Shown: piece after piece, positions 22,929 through 36,770 of the stretch
How the letters are laid out: every line of letters begins with the position of its first letter
Position numbering within the stretch: the stretch's first letter is position 1
DNA from: Cirrosporium novae-zelandiae
Taxonomy: Eukaryota
Assembly (NCBI GenBank): GCA_026023565.1
Contig: JAPETS010000043.1
Span: 124,001-188,000 of the forward strand
DNA length: 64,000 nt
Direction of reading: 5' to 3'
Notes under the pieces: model-generated
Databases searched by the model: none
Told to the model about the DNA's origin: nothing
The model's input: the letters and a program-made list of their open reading frames with translations, nothing else
Position numbers and translations under genes: made by a program

Positions 22929-23651
22929 GGTGGGAGCGTAGTCAAGGTAAGTTCGGCTAATAGTTTAAGGTGTCAAAGTCAATGAACGGGCGGCCTTGGG
23001 GGGGTTGAGTATATACGAACTGGTGAAAAAAAAGGTTGAGAAGCCAAAAGGTCTTATGCAGAAGCTGGAACATAATTAATAGGCCAGGGATCCACCACCA
23101 TAGCCCTCTGGCCTGAAAGCCTTGGCTTAGTGCCAGCCTGATGTCCATTTGTAGATCGGTGACATCAAGAGCGACACCATCGAGAATCAAATTGAAAGGT
23201 CAGCTCTGTAGAGCATACCATCTATTATCATTTGAGAGTCTCTAACTAATGCCAGGGCTCAATAGGTACTTAGTAGAAGAGTAAACTCTATAATTAAGTT
23301 ATGATCTTAGGCTCGCCATCGGGGAAACCTTTATAGATATAAAATGTTTAATTTGGTACCTCGGTATACTCCACATTCATGATTCCAAAATCCTAAATCT
23401 CATGTTTCTCAATGGTATCAAATCTAGCCTTGTCCCGAAAAGCAAAAAACAAAAACAAAAAGAGAAAGAAAAAGTCCTCCAGGCTGGTAGAATCAAAGGT
23501 TCCACAGAGACGAGGCTCAAGCTCAATAATGGTGCGAACTATAGCCTCTGTCTGCCTTTTCGCTTCTTTCACCAAACCCCACTCACCACCTAATTAATTC
23601 TCACACCACCTCTGCATTGCATGAAAGCTGTGTGTGACAGATTACTGCGCC

Positions 23652-24414
23652 TCAAGATGACCCCTCTTCAATTGTCGGCAATTTGCTATCAGAATCCAAG
23701 CCTAACACCCTTCTCAGCTCAACCACCTCAGGATGGTCTCTCGTGTTCTCCATCCGGTGGCACCATTTGATTTCTCCATCCTCGAATAAAAATTCTCCTC
23801 CAACTTGCCCAAAATCTCCTCCCTTGTTCGCGTTTCGTCCGCTTGTAATGCCTTGCCACATGCTCCGTACCACGTTATAACTGAGGGAATGCTTGATATA
23901 ATCGGGATTCTTTTGACCAAGGTTAAGGCATTTAACCATGCCTAGGTGGTCGTAGAGAGCGCGGCTTGGGTCGGCATATATTGTGAATGGGCAGGATGTC
24001 GTGGAGGTATAGAAAGGAATGAGATCTGGCTGGCCACATCCTATAATCACGATACTTGTTGGCGTAGAGAGATTATGGAGAGGCCCTGGTGATAGTGAGG
24101 TTGAGATGGTTCGGATATACTCTTGACAGTGCTACACATCATAATTATCAGTCTTCATCCAAATTGATTATTTAATATCCCACGGAAGCTTCAAGACCCT
24201 CCAAGACCCCTCCTTCGATAGCTGAGGATCGATATATGCCTACCCCACAGAAGAAATGCCGAATGAATATAACCAAAACTCGCCGATTTCCTTCATATAG
24301 ACTCTTGAAAGGCTTTGATAACCTTTCTACGGTAAGGACTGGCAGCTCCGCGACTTTCTCAATATCTTGAGGTGTTGGAAGGTTTTGCGATACTTGAAGG
24401 GGTTTGTGACCCAT
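23652..24414 (-). CDS. Peroxiredoxin-like 2 / AhpC-TSA_2 thioredoxin-fold protein, 1 intron
   Basis: VLVIFIRHFFCG|HCQEY (CxxC split by an intron at ~24133-24243), IIGCG, IYADPSRALY, QVGGEFLF and WCHRMENTRDH. Confidence 0.88.
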
Positions 24415-25737
24415 AATGGATGCTAATATTGCTAAGGAGGATAAGATCGGAGGTGGGTGTAGTTGTCGTGAATGCGACTTTTCCTGCTCAGAGGCAGTGG
24501 AGTAGCGGTAGTCTAAGGTACCTGGAAGACAAAGAAACGGATTGGTAACCAGTAAAGTCCCCCGCACAGAACCAAGAGAGAAAAATCACTAGCTAGACAA
24601 TGAAAAGTAGAGAGCTTTCAGGATGAATGACGACGGATGAAGAATAATAAGGGTGAGACCAAAAGGCTAGAATTCTAGGCACCGTCCTCGGCATCATCCT
24701 CAGCCACAATTGAGCAGTCCTGCAATCCTCATATGATACCTTTTGTGTTCCATCGTGATTATCGTATGGGATATTCACGATGTTCCCACAAACGAACAAC
24801 TTTGGGACAATGCGGGGTCAGAATCAGTACGGCTATCCGGAGTAGCTACACGGGAGGTCCATATATATTAAGACAATTATTTTGCTTCCAACTAGGGATC
24901 ATTAGTATCATTTACCCCATCATCAATATAAATAGAGACAAAGCGACCTAGTCATTTAGCCTGCCCTTTGAAAGTAGAAGTTATCTTAAAAGTAGTTCTA
25001 GGAGTGAATCGGTAAATGCTAATGCCCTGGTCAAGTTAGCACTGTCCATCGAATCTGGTAAAGCCCTGGTATGATCCTTGACTCGGAGATCTCGAGCTAG
25101 ACAGACGCTTAGGTTTGCTTGTAAGAAGAAGCTTAAATTGTATTCGGGTACCTATGGTCCGTTCTCGTTCGGTTTCACCAAACGCCCCCTTGTCATGGCA
25201 GCTCAATACTATACCAAATGCATCACTTTCACATCAACTACAACGGAAGCTCTAATTCCTTGTCTGATTAGATTAGGTCTCGAACAATTGAACTAACCGA
25301 AGTTGCATTCTGCATAAAACTGAAATAGTAGACTGTTTAAGAGCTAATGAATCGACCCTATCTTTGGTCTGGTCGCCGAAGCATACGTGAAAGCAGGGCC
25401 GGCATCTCCCTCGACAGCAAAGACATAGATAATAATCAACAATCCAATCTGACTTGTCTCCGGAGCAGCTACGGCGTACTCCTCCCCACACTCCGTACGG
25501 TCTGGTTCGAGACTTGTTCACCAGGCATATACTATGCCTGACGATGTCTTCTCGGCCGCTGATAGTTGTTGAGACCTCATTACGGAGCACTTAAGCCTTT
25601 CATTTGCATGAGGATGCTAAGGCATATTCAAAGGTCCAGGACCGCGAACGGTGTAGTGAGGCAAAGCATTGGCTGCCTATTCTTCACAAGTTTCAGTGAG
25701 CGGGATCGTTATCACCACAAACGTGAATCACATCGAA

Positions 25738-28700
25738 TCAGTCGTATCCTCCGCCAACTTGGCTGGCAAATGCAGTTGAAACACTTTGTACATCGTCATC
25801 CAAATGGATTCCTCCGTTGCGAAGGCGAGCTCCTCCGAGGCTTGAAGTACCACCGAAGACGCTTCCGGAGTCAACACCACCGTTCTTGTAATCTCCTGGA
25901 CGACCGCCAGATTCGACATAACGCTTCAAGCGGTCAGATTGACTAAGACTGGTTTGCTTGTCGACATCATGAATGCTTAGCCCTGCTAGACTGACCCCAC
26001 CCTGACCAACACCTGTCCCACCAACGATACTTCTTGTTGCATCGGATTCCGTTGCGGCCACAGACTCACCGGCCACACTCTCAGGGCCAACTTTGCCCTT
26101 GACGCCATTTGGTCGACGGCCACCAGAGAGTGTCGGCCATTGCTCACTGAATCCAGAAAACATATGCGGATATGCGGTTGATACACCTACTCCTCCTAGT
26201 GCCGAAGAGTGTACAGAAGACACATCATCAGGAATGTAGCCAACAACAGAGCCGGCATCATTATAGTCTTGGCGGTGGCCATTACGACTATTGGAAATCG
26301 ATCCAGCCATTTGAGAAGCGTGTTGATATGCCATCTGGTAGCGTTGTGGTCCACGGTAGGTTTGCTTTGGACGTGCGAATTGTAGCATAGACACCTGAAG
26401 GTTTGATAGAGGACCCTCGACCAAACAATTTCTCTCCTTGAAATGGAGGAGAAGGTAATGCCAAAGTGGGTGCTTAGCCAGGACCTTGGGATTGCCGAGA
26501 ATGACTAGACCATACTTTGCACGAGTGAGGGCGACATTGAGACGGCGAGGATCGCTCAAGAAACCAATTCCCTGGTGATCGTTTGACCTAACGCAAGAAA
26601 GAACGATAAAGTCCTTCTCTCGTCCCTGGAAGGCATCAACAGAGGCAACCTCAATCTCCTTGTAATTTTCCTTCTTGAATGTTCCGTTGGCTTGCATTGA
26701 GCTAACAACGTAGCTGCGTTGACCCTCGTAGGGAGTGATGATACCAATATCCTGGGGTAGGACACCAGCCTTGAAGAATCGGGTAATGATCTTCTCCACA
26801 TTAGAGGCTTCGGTACGGTTCAGATAAGAAGTTCCCGAGGCCGAAATTTCTTCATTTCCGAGATTTGTCCAGAACATCATGGGGGAATCCGCAACTGGCC
26901 AAGGGAAGTCTACATCACGTCGAAGTCGTTGCTGCATAGTGACGCCATTCTGCAAAGATCCCTCGTAGAACATGTTCGACGGGAATTCGGAAAGACAAGG
27001 ATGCATACGGTACTGGACATTCAAGCGGATCGGGGCACATCCAAGGATGACCAAACGTTCAAATAGAGACTGATTCAGGCCTGCCTTTGCTGCCTTTTTG
27101 TTCATGATGACAGGTCCAAGCTGTTGGTGATCACCAACAAGGACTACCTGTTTGCAGCCCAGGACAAGAGGAATCATACATTCAGGCTCAGCTGACTGGG
27201 TGGACTCGTCGATCAAAACAGTCCGGAACTTGAATTTGGACAAGCGGGGGTCACCAGCACCAACACAAGTGCAGCAAATGACATCGGCGTTGGTCAAGAT
27301 TTCTCTTTCGGCAGCACGCGTAAGCTGCTTAAACTTCTTTTCGTCTTGACTAGAGAGTTCACCCAGTTCGCCTTTCAGCTGGTTGAGTTTAACGAGTTCA
27401 ATATTGCTATCATTCATGCGGACCTGCTCATGGAGAGAGAGAAATGCAACAGGAGATTCGACATCCTCTCGAGATTTTGCCGTGACACGCACAGTCTTTA
27501 GTCCAGTTCGGTGGATACGCTCGCAAAGCTGGTCTACTGCAACGTTAGATGGAGCACAAACCAATACCTGGCCTCCATTGATCTTTGCTAAATGATAGAT
27601 GATTGTAGCAGAAGTAACTGTCTTGCCGGTTCCTGGGGGACCCTGGATCAAACTCAAAGGCTTTTGCAATACGCTCCTCACTGCACTAATTTGGCTTCCA
27701 TTGAGTTCGGGGAGGCCTGGTACGCTAAATTTCTTGGGTAATTGAGTTTTCATGGGAGCTGCAGCAACCTCGTGACCTAGAAGTCGATGGAAGATATAAC
27801 CGGAAACACTCATTTCATCAACAGCAAAGGTCTTCATGGCGAGCTGCATACGGTCGAAGGAGGTAGCTTTCCACACGTAGTCAGCACTGAAGTTGTGAGT
27901 GCAGTCTGTAGGCACGGATTTGTGATCGCCTTTCGTCCGCAATTCAATAGTCACTTCGTCGGACTGGTTGTTTGGTATCTTGATAACGTATCCAACGCCC
28001 TCCCAGTGAGGTCGGAGCTCTCCAGTATATTTGAGCCTCATTTCGTCTCCCACCGCTAGCTTAACATCTCCAAGCTCTAGTTTCGGGAGAACAAAGCTGG
28101 CCAGATGTTTATTATTCAAGCCGAGGTCCCAGCGAACCACTAAGCCATCCTGAGATTGAGATTCTTTGAGCTTTCTGTCGTAGTCTGCCTCAATCTTAAC
28201 AAGAGGTCCGAAGACATTCTGATATTGATATGCGTCGTCGTAACGTAGGAGAACTGGCGCTGGTTCGTCATCCACAGCTGATGCCTTTTCAAGATCTGCA
28301 ACCGTTGCCAAAGCATTATCTTTCCACATTTCCTCAAGCTTGGCAATCATTTGCGGGCTAAGATGTCGTGCGCGCAGCTGTTCCTGGTCGGAAGGCGCTG
28401 CTACAAGCCAATTCAAAAACGAACGATCTTCAATGAGGGGTTGCCATCGTCCAGTGTCCCAATTCATATCCTTCGAGGAGGGTGCGGAAGCGCAAGGCTG
28501 GCGGCAGAGGAGAACAACGACGGTGTCGGATTTGGCGGGAATGAAGCCGAGAAGAAAAACGTTCTTCATGCCGCAGCTGTAGCATTCCAAAACTGTATCA
28601 CCGAGGGACGATTGCGGATGAAGCTGAACTTCCTTGTGGCGAGCCCGAACAAGATGGTTGATAATGTGTGACGAGGAAGTATTACCGCGGGCACTGCAGA

Positions 28701-29091
28701 ACCATTTATTGCAAGCAAGGCATTTCACGACGCTGCTTGGGTTATGTATACCGCAATATCTGTAACGCAGAGATTTAATTGTGTGGATTTAAATAATGGG
28801 GAATATCTCGACTTACGCGCAGGCATGTGCAGGGAGCTCTTTTTCTTCCTCTGGCCTTGAAGTCTTGCCGTTCACGCCGTCAACAGCCATACTAGCCATA
28901 CTCTCCATGTCATCTTCGTCGAAATCGGCAGTATCATCTTCATCGTGGTGTCTGCGGCGCGGAAGACCTGAGGGGGGATTTGTGCGCCCGAAATCGCCAT
29001 CCAATATGCTGTCGTCATCTTCCCCGGCGTTGATAGTAGCGGCGGAATCTGACACAAGATGGTTACCGAGATGGGTGAAGGCGCCTTCCAT
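25738..29091 (-). CDS. UPF1: Nonsense-mediated decay SF1 RNA helicase Upf1/Nam7, 1 intron
   Basis: CH zinc-binding domain (HACAYCGIH...KWFC...[10 protein letters not shown]), [22 protein letters not shown] and [10 protein letters not shown]. Intron 28760-28816. Confidence 0.97.
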
Positions 29092-29728
29092 TTGGGGGAA
29101 TGATGTGCTTCCTCAGAAGCAGTCGCTGAGGAGAGGATAACCGGGCGTTCTCAATAAAGAATAAAAAAAAATGGATTTCACTGTGAAGGAAGTTGATTAG
29201 TTTACCAAACGTGGCAAAAGAGTGGTTTTTTCAGAAACCAACATCTGATAGAGATTCTGTTGGGAAGAAAGCAGTCAACCTTGTTAGATCATTTGAACAT
29301 GGGAAATCGAAACCCTCATTCCGGGGTTTCCAGGTTTCAGGTGAGTTGTAATAGGAATTGGGGGGGGGGGAGGGGGGAAAAAAGAAGAGAAAAGGTTGGT
29401 TAAGAGAAGTAAGCTGAAGAGAGAGAAAAGAGGGTTTGACGTAGTAGTTTGAGAGAACCAAAAGAGCCCTTCTTTTTTTTTTTTTTTCGTTTGTGAAGTA
29501 CTTTTTGGATGCGGCGGTTCCTGGAAATGATCCTGGTAGGCGGCTACTCTTTGGAGGTAGAGATCTAAGCCCCGCTGAATGGCTAAATGGTAAAATCCTC
29601 ATCTAAAATTTTAAGAAGAGCTTGGACCTTGAAATTTCAAAGCTTTACTTTCATCATTAGAACAACTCATTATTTGTCTCATAGTCTGTTTATTTGTCTG
29701 TCTCTTCTTAACTTTCCAATAATCCATC

Positions 29729-30678
29729 ATGATTGTAAGCATTCCATCCCATTGGTCTCACTAGTTAAATCAACTAACATGGTCCCCCCCCCCCCATAGC
29801 GACGACAAGCCCGTCAACGGCGCGACTACCTCTACCGTCGCGCCCTCACACTTCGCGATGCAGAAATCGCAGAAAAGCGCCGCAAGCTCAAGGACTCACT
29901 GGCCTCGGGCAAGCCCCTAGATCCCTCGGTCGCCAATGACAAAACTCTACGTCAAGATTACAAATACGACGAGCCCAACGACTCCACTACGGCCGAAGCC
30001 CTCGACCTCGACGACGAATACTCCCACCTTTCCGGCCTGGTAGATCCCCGCATCCTGATCACCACCTCCCGCTCCCCCTCATCCCGTCTAGGTGCTTTCG
30101 CAAAGGAAGTCCGTCTCCTGCTACCTACCTCCATCCGCCTAAATCGTGGAAACCTGATCCTTCCCACGCTCGTCTCCTCCGCGAACAGCTCCGGCCTCTC
30201 AGACATGGTTGTGCTTCACGAGCATCGTGGTACTCCCACCGCAATGACGGTGTCACATTTCCCGCACGGCCCCACCGCCTCATTCTCCCTCCATAATGTC
30301 GTGCTCCGTCACGACATCCCCAACGCCACCCGTGGAACGGTCTCTGAATCCTACCCTCACCTCATTTTCGACGGCTTCACCACACCGCTCGGAAAACGGG
30401 TCGTCAAGATCCTCAAACACCTGTTCCCACCTAGAGAATCATCAAGGAAAATCGGCAATCGAGTCGTGACCTTCAAGAACATCGAGGACAGCATTGAAGT
30501 ACGGCATCACGTGTTTGTGCGGACGGGATATCAGAGCGTGGAGCTGGCCGAAGTTGGACCCCGGATGACAATGAGACTCTTTGAAATCAGAAGTGGAACA
30601 TTGGAAAACAAGGAAGGCGACGTCGAATGGCATCTAAACCAATACACCAGAACCGCCAAAAAGAAGGACTACCTATGA
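29729..30678 (+). CDS. IMP4: U3 snoRNP Brix-domain protein Imp4, 1 intron
   Basis: [39 protein letters not shown] and [16 protein letters not shown]. Intron 29735-29799. Confidence 0.95.
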
Positions 30679-32384
30679 AAAATGAAAAAATTACAACTTT
30701 TTTTTTTACAAATGTGGAAGAGAACGAGCTAACGAAACGTAATCGCATGACTACTACACTACCGCTTCTCGCCGGATGGCAACATGCGGACCCAAACCAA
30801 ACCAAAAAAAGCTCCCCCAAAAATTATTTATACGACAACAATAGATAGTGCTGATCTCAGCGCCCATTCACCCGACCACCACCACCAACCACCCACTAAT
30901 CTAAAATCCGGAATCTTTTCCCTACTCTAGGATAAACTCATCAACTGCCGGCATGACATGGCATGGGCATATTACCTCGGAAAAAGATCGTTGTCAGAAC
31001 TCTACGCAATGCAGGTAATCATATATAAAATAAGCACAGACAGAGATCGTGCTAGCTAGGCCGGCCTGCAGGATTGGGGGAGGAGGGAGGGAGGGGCTTG
31101 TCGAATAAGATGGATAAGATGGGTATGCGGTGTGGATATGTGCACATGGGCTCATGGATAGGAAGAATTATACGAACGAACGGGTGGGAGAGAGAGACCT
31201 TTGTTTTTTTTGTTCAAAAAAAAAAAAAAAAAAAGGGATTCCTGTAAATTTAGAGGCCTACCCCCCTATCCCCCTATTCCAGAATGAATGAGTAAATATG
31301 AGTTATAGATAAATGACCAAAACAAAAACAAAACAAAACTACCAAGGATCTCAAAAAAATAGGTTTTCGAAAACAAACAACAAAATGAAGTCGTTCAAAA
31401 AGTAAATTATTATATGCACTATCTGCTCTCAACTATGATAAAAAAAACCTTTCCTTTTCATTTGCCCCCGTCCATCCCTTTCATATCCACCGAAAAAAAC
31501 CCAATCAATGCCAAATGCAAGTGTAGTAGCAGCCCCCTTTGTAAACAAAGCCAAAACGAAACCCGCTCGAAAAGACCTTTTTTCAGATAAGCCGCCCATC
31601 ATCACATTAGCAAATAAAGTAATTTGTAGTTTTTTTTTTGTCAAAGGAAGCCAGTCCCAAAACAACAACATCCAGTTTGTAAGATGGATGATGAATGAAA
31701 TTCCGGTGGACAAAAGCTCTAGGGGGGTTGGGTTGGGGTTGATGAAAAGTTTTGCAATAGTTAGAAGATAGAACAAAGATAGCCTCCCACGCTTCGTGAT
31801 GATGAAAAAACCAATGATGAGGAAAAAAAGTAATACAGTGTTGCTCCAAAATACTCCCCGACTGTCCCTTCGCTTGCATCGCTAAATAAACAAGACACAG
31901 AGAAACCGTACATGAACAGATAACTAAAGAAATAGGAGAGTGCACATGGCCATCCAAGAACATGGTCAGGTTCGTTTGTACCCATCCCGTATGGAAGGAA
32001 CCAGTGAATTAAATCGGCCCGTCGAATGGTTGTAACAAAGAAAATCTCGTTGGTTTGAGTTAGTGAAGGATGATAAGGCATCATGATAAGCCTTTAAGTC
32101 TATAAACTCCGCGGTCGAAAAAGATAAAACTTGATTGACGTGAAATGTGAACGCCGCGCTTGCTGTTTGGGGGGGTATATTATTGCAAAAACAGCAGAGC
32201 ACACCAGATTCCAATATAAACTCCGGTTCCAGCCATTCCAATTCCGTCGTATGATTTTTATGTGCATAATAATGAAACCCCTCTTTGCGCCGATGTTCCT
32301 TCTATTTTTTCGTTATATTTGAGGTCATAATCCTAGAATGTCCTAATATGGCCACTAGGACTTGGTTGTGAATTGAAATTAACC

Positions 32385-35300
32385 TCAACGCTCTTCTGGT
32401 GAGATCCGTCTCTCGTTGGATAATGTTCGTTTAATAGATTGGTTAATACGACTGAAGATACTAACTCGTTCTTCTCGTATCTCTCGAATACTATTACGGG
32501 CGATGTCACCCGATTCTGGAGCTTCCTTATGAATCTTACAAAAAAGTTTTGAAAAGATATATTGGTCTCCAGCTCCATCGAAAAGGGGTAAATGACGGTA
32601 ACCCTCTTGGAGACTGCTCAACTTCGCCGTAAATGTGGCAAGGGGAAGATTGCTGTTTGGGCTGTTATAAGATTTCCCGTCAGAAGAATTCCACACCGAC
32701 CACCGAACAAACACGAGGCCGGGATACTTAGTTTCCAAGAGTAACTTGAATCCGTCATGATAAGTTGGATCGTATCCGTTACTTTGCGCAATTCTTGTTC
32801 GTCGTCGGTGAGGAAGCCCTATACCGGACATGCCATTACGAGCGGATGCGTCCAGCCCCCCTTCTCCAGAGGCAATCCCCTTACTCTTGTCCTCTGCACT
32901 GAACATTTCGATTTCGATATATGGATTGAAGGAATCTTCTGACCACATACCTTTGGGTCGTGGAAGTTGATGGGCAGAAATAACTTCAACTGAGAATTTG
33001 ACCAGCTGCTTCTCCAACTTGAGGCGTGGGGACGGGGCTTCCCTTGAAGGGTCTTGAGAATGTCTGGGATGACGTAGTTCCTTTGGTTTAAGGACATAAC
33101 CGGTACGGTCTGTCCCAGATGCAAACATGGCGTTATTCATTTGCATACCAGTATCGTATGTTTGCCAGTTCAAGGCCACCATCTGGACTCCACGGCGCCA
33201 AAATGTATTGGGATCAAAGTTGGACGACTTCACTCGAAACCCAGAAGGATATACACGAGTCAAATAACACGTGTTATGCCATTCGAGCTGAGACTTTGTA
33301 TGTGGATCTTTGCACATTCCTTCAAAGTTCCTTTCGGCAAAAGAAAAGACATGATTATAGGTTCGGCTCTCAGCATCTTCGAAGTTTGTCCATTTTTGGC
33401 CACGGGTGTACACTCCAAGGTCTGCAAGAGACTTGATGATCTTACTCTTTTGCTTCTTTTTTCTGTCCCTCCGATTCGACACGGTGTCGCTGTCTTCCGT
33501 TGAACTACTTATGCTTGTTGATGTCATCGACCGCTTTGTAGGACCCCAAACCGGAATCGCTTGTTCGGATTGGCTGATCGTAGGAGGGCTGGAGAGTGAC
33601 AAAGTCGTTGGAATGGCAATGCCATCAGGGGGAACTGGGCGGGCGAAAGGAGAACTTGCGCTTCGTTTGCGTCCCGCAGTGGCAACATCGTTCATAAACA
33701 ACGCCTCATCAACTTCATCGGAGGATTTGACCTTGACGAGTATCCTGTATTTTATTTCTTCTGGTGAGGGCAGCGTGGTGAACTTGTTTAGGACACGTTC
33801 GAGTAGTAAGCTATCTCCGAAGGACTTCTTCATTATAGTTACCATTGCCTCTTGTTGCTCTGCGCAACAATGGACTTCTAATGAGAGTATAAGTGGATAG
33901 GAACTTGCATAGAAAGCAAATTTTCCAATGACATCAATGCAGTCTTGGAATAAAATGCTAGTGGTCATTGTATGGCCATGCGAGACGATTGGGCGGCCAT
34001 CTTGACCATCCCAACAATCAATCTCAATACAGCGACAACCATCAGAGAGGCACTTAATGTAAGCCTCGGTACTAGATTCACCAGCCACTTGCCTGCCCAT
34101 TAGATATGTATTATGAGAACTTGAGATAAAGTATTCGTTTAAAGGCCGATCCAGAGTGACCTTGTCGGGAAGCGGTAAAAGAGCGTTATTAAAGGCTGAT
34201 GTGATAAAGGCTGAGAAGCCATCAAAGTTGACATGCGGCGGAATATTGCTCATAGCTTCTTGGTGTAATTGTGATTTGGACTTGGATTTGCGAGCGAACT
34301 TATGGAAGACTGTTACCCAGTGGTCGTATTCGGCTTCCACTGGGATAGCCTGCGAGCTTCGTAAAAATTGGAAGAATTCATCCATAGAAAGGCCTTGACC
34401 ACTATTCGATACGATAGACAGATAAAGCGCTTTAATATCTTTCCGTTCTTTTAGCCGCCGAATAAAGTCTTTAAACTCATTATAATCTAGAGAGCCTCGG
34501 GCATGAGTATCAGCCTTCATGAAGTGGGCTCGAAGTATGTTTGCTGAACAATTGATATGGAGACCCTTGCATAATTTCTCCAGCTTCTCCAGGCCGAGCA
34601 ACTCCTGCTCTTCGGTGTGATGATTATCACCGAAATGCTTGCTCATTTCTTGATGCCAGTACGCTCTGAGAGCTGCTTCACAATGTCTAGAACCAGCCAC
34701 GCCAGCCATAAGTGCCATTCTATATCGCGAAACATCTTCAAGAGTCTTGGTCCATACGGCACAGGATGGTTTGGACTCTGCCAGGAGATGCATTGTTTTG
34801 GTCGACCGTCCTTTAGAGCGGTCAGGGTCAGCATACAGAATGGTGATCCATCTTTTAGCCAGTTCATCCGGTATTTGAAATTCTTCTCTGTAGTTTTTCG
34901 CCTCGTATCCAGTTCTAATCTCCATGATATCGTCGATGTAGAATTTCTTGGTTGGATTGGTTTGGTCCCAGTATACTTTGGCAGCCTGAATGTCGATCCA
35001 GAATCTCATTGATTTTTTCTTATTTTTAGTCATCTTGGTAAAGACTATTCCCCGTTGTAATTGAGCAGGTAATGTGGGAGCGACACCTCCTGCCGGTAGT
35101 GGAACGGACCGGCTCGAAGGAGCAGGAGAACTTGATAGTCCTGATATTCCCAGGGAGTCCACCTGGTCATCTTTCTCTTCTTCGTCATCTCCGAATCCAA
35201 GATCCATCACATCAAGGGGTTTTTTCCCATCGCTTCGGCTGTCGCTCCTTCTCCGTAATATTACTGGTCCAGTGCTATGGTCACGATTGTTATGGGTAGA

Positions 35301-35717
35301 GGATTGACGTCTTCGAATCCGACTTGCGGCACCCCTAGAAATTCGTCTCATCAGGTTCGGAGTCCTGCTCGCACTCACAGAATCACTTGAAGTCTGTGAA
35401 CCTGGTTGAGGACTCGGATTCGTGTAGCTAAGTGCAGGTTCTTCGAGGTCGAAAGAATTAGGGGTTGAGGTATGAGACATTCTCCCTCGAAAGGAATCTG
35501 GCGAAGAGGTGATGGAAGTCTGCACTGGGCTGGCCATGTACGAATGTGAAGTTGAGCTCCCGGCAGAGGTCGGAGCGGTGGTGGTTGAACACGTTGATGA
35601 TGAAGGAAAATGGGGCATGTTCATGGCCAAACGAGGAAAAGGAATCAAGGGGGGCGAACGTCGCGTAGCTTTGATGGTATCTGGCGTTGTCGATCGAGAT
35701 GGGTGTGTCGAAGCCAT
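32385..35717 (-). CDS. PLC1: Phosphoinositide-specific phospholipase C (PH, EF-hand, X, Y, C2 domains), intronless
   Basis: YFISSSHNTYL, CRCIEIDCWDG, LILSLEVHC, LTRVYPSG, VQMVALNWQT and GYRHLPL. Confidence 0.96.
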   Translation of the reverse strand: MASTHPSRSTTPDTIKATRRSPPLIPFPRLAMNMPHFPSSSTCSTTTAPTSAGSSTSHSYMASPVQTSITSSPDSFRGRMSHTSTPNSFDLEEPALSYTNPSPQPGSQTSSDSVSASRTPNLMRRISRGAASRIRRRQSSTHNNRDHSTGPVILRRRSDSRSDGKKPLDVMDLGFGDDEEEKDDQVDSLGISGLSSSPAPSSRSVPLPAGGVAPTLPAQLQRGIVFTKMTKNKKKSMRFWIDIQAAKVYWDQTNPTKKFYIDDIMEIRTGYEAKNYREEFQIPDELAKRWITILYADPDRSKGRSTKTMHLLAESKPSCAVWTKTLEDVSRYRMALMAGVAGSRHCEAALRAYWHQEMSKHFGDNHHTEEQELLGLEKLEKLCKGLHINCSANILRAHFMKADTHARGSLDYNEFKDFIRRLKERKDIKALYLSIVSNSGQGLSMDEFFQFLRSSQAIPVEAEYDHWVTVFHKFARKSKSKSQLHQEAMSNIPPHVNFDGFSAFITSAFNNALLPLPDKVTLDRPLNEYFISSSHNTYLMGRQVAGESSTEAYIKCLSDGCRCIEIDCWDGQDGRPIVSHGHTMTTSILFQDCIDVIGKFAFYASSYPLILSLEVHCCAEQQEAMVTIMKKSFGDSLLLERVLNKFTTLPSPEEIKYRILVKVKSSDEVDEALFMNDVATAGRKRSASSPFARPVPPDGIAIPTTLSLSSPPTISQSEQAIPVWGPTKRSMTSTSISSSTEDSDTVSNRRDRKKKQKSKIIKSLADLGVYTRGQKWTNFEDAESRTYNHVFSFAERNFEGMCKDPHTKSQLEWHNTCYLTRVYPSGFRVKSSNFDPNTFWRRGVQMVALNWQTYDTGMQMNNAMFASGTDRTGYVLKPKELRHPRHSQDPSREAPSPRLKLEKQLVKFSVEVISAHQLPRPKGMWSEDSFNPYIEIEMFSAEDKSKGIASGEGGLDASARNGMSGIGLPHRRRTRIAQSNGYDPTYHDGFKLLLETKYPGLVFVRWSVWNSSDGKSYNSPNSNLPLATFTAKLSSLQEGYRHLPLFDGAGDQYIFSKLFCKIHKEAPESGDIARNSIREIREERVSIFSRINQSIKRTLSNERRISPEER

Positions 35718-36717
35718 GGTTACAGTTAGATGGACTACACGCTTGAGTCACCAGGACTGGTATGAAATGCTGAACCACGGGTTACAGGAGTCTGTTTCTG
35801 CTTGTAGCGATTGAAGGAATGTTGTACGGCAGAAGCTTAGAATGTTTGATTGTTTTTGATGGTCGACATCTTCAAAGGGCTCTGCCAGAGAGCTTTGAAT
35901 AGCTGATCCTTCCTCGATATCTTTTTTTTTTTTTCGTATTTCACAGTCAGACCTGCTTTGCCCGCGAATTACCGGACACACAGAACAAGGTCAGCTGGAA
36001 GGCTTCAAGGCCTCAGCATGCATGTCCTATGTTCTTAGCTAGCGGTGCTATTGCTGTACTCCTCCTTTTGGTTTGTATGCACGATGGCGAAAGCGGAATG
36101 ATGGATCGGGGGATGCGACAGGGTCGAAGAAATAAGGCGACGAATGATTAGTTCGCGTGGCGCAAACAGATAAGGAACGGACGAGCACCGCGGTCAAACA
36201 ACGAGTACTCTGAGAACGAGATGATTTTGTCTGCGTCGGCAGAGAAAACCAGGTCAATTGGTATATTGTTTTTTTAAGTAGTAAAAAGGTAAAGTTGGGA
36301 AAAGGGAAGGAATTAGAAAGGTAGAAAAGGTCGTTTTTTTTTTTGGTGTGGGGGAGGTTAAGGCAGATTGATGGGCGCGGGAACTTTCTATGAAAGAAAC
36401 TTGACGGTACCTGAACTTTTTCTGCCGGTTTATTCCAAAGGCGGACATGCACTTTGACAACTGCGGTTCGTCAACGCAATCTGGCAGTATTTGGATTTTG
36501 TTTGGGGGAGGGGGAGGGGGTGTTGAGGGTACACCGAGGAAATTAATAATTACCTTAATTCAATGGAGCAGGTCAGAACAGACACAGAACCAAAACAAGA
36601 CCAAACCAAACTAAACCAACCAGACAAGATAGACAGAACACAAATCCTGAAAAAAAAATTGAAATTTTGTCTTTTTCAACTTTTGTTTCAAAACTTGACT
36701 GGTTCTTTGGGATTTCA

Positions 36718-36770
36718 CTCGGTTTCGGTCACTCGGTCACCTCGGTCACCTTGGTCACCTTGGTCACTGA
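36718..36770 (+). repeat. Minisatellite (YGGTCACCT) about 5 copies
   Basis: cggtcact cggtcacct cggtcacct tggtcacct tggtcact. Confidence 0.7.

Noticed and set aside
25273..35814. Numerous antisense/overlapping 60-160 aa ORFs inside UPF1, IMP4 and PLC1
   Set aside because: These are shadow ORFs of long coding sequences with no domain features.
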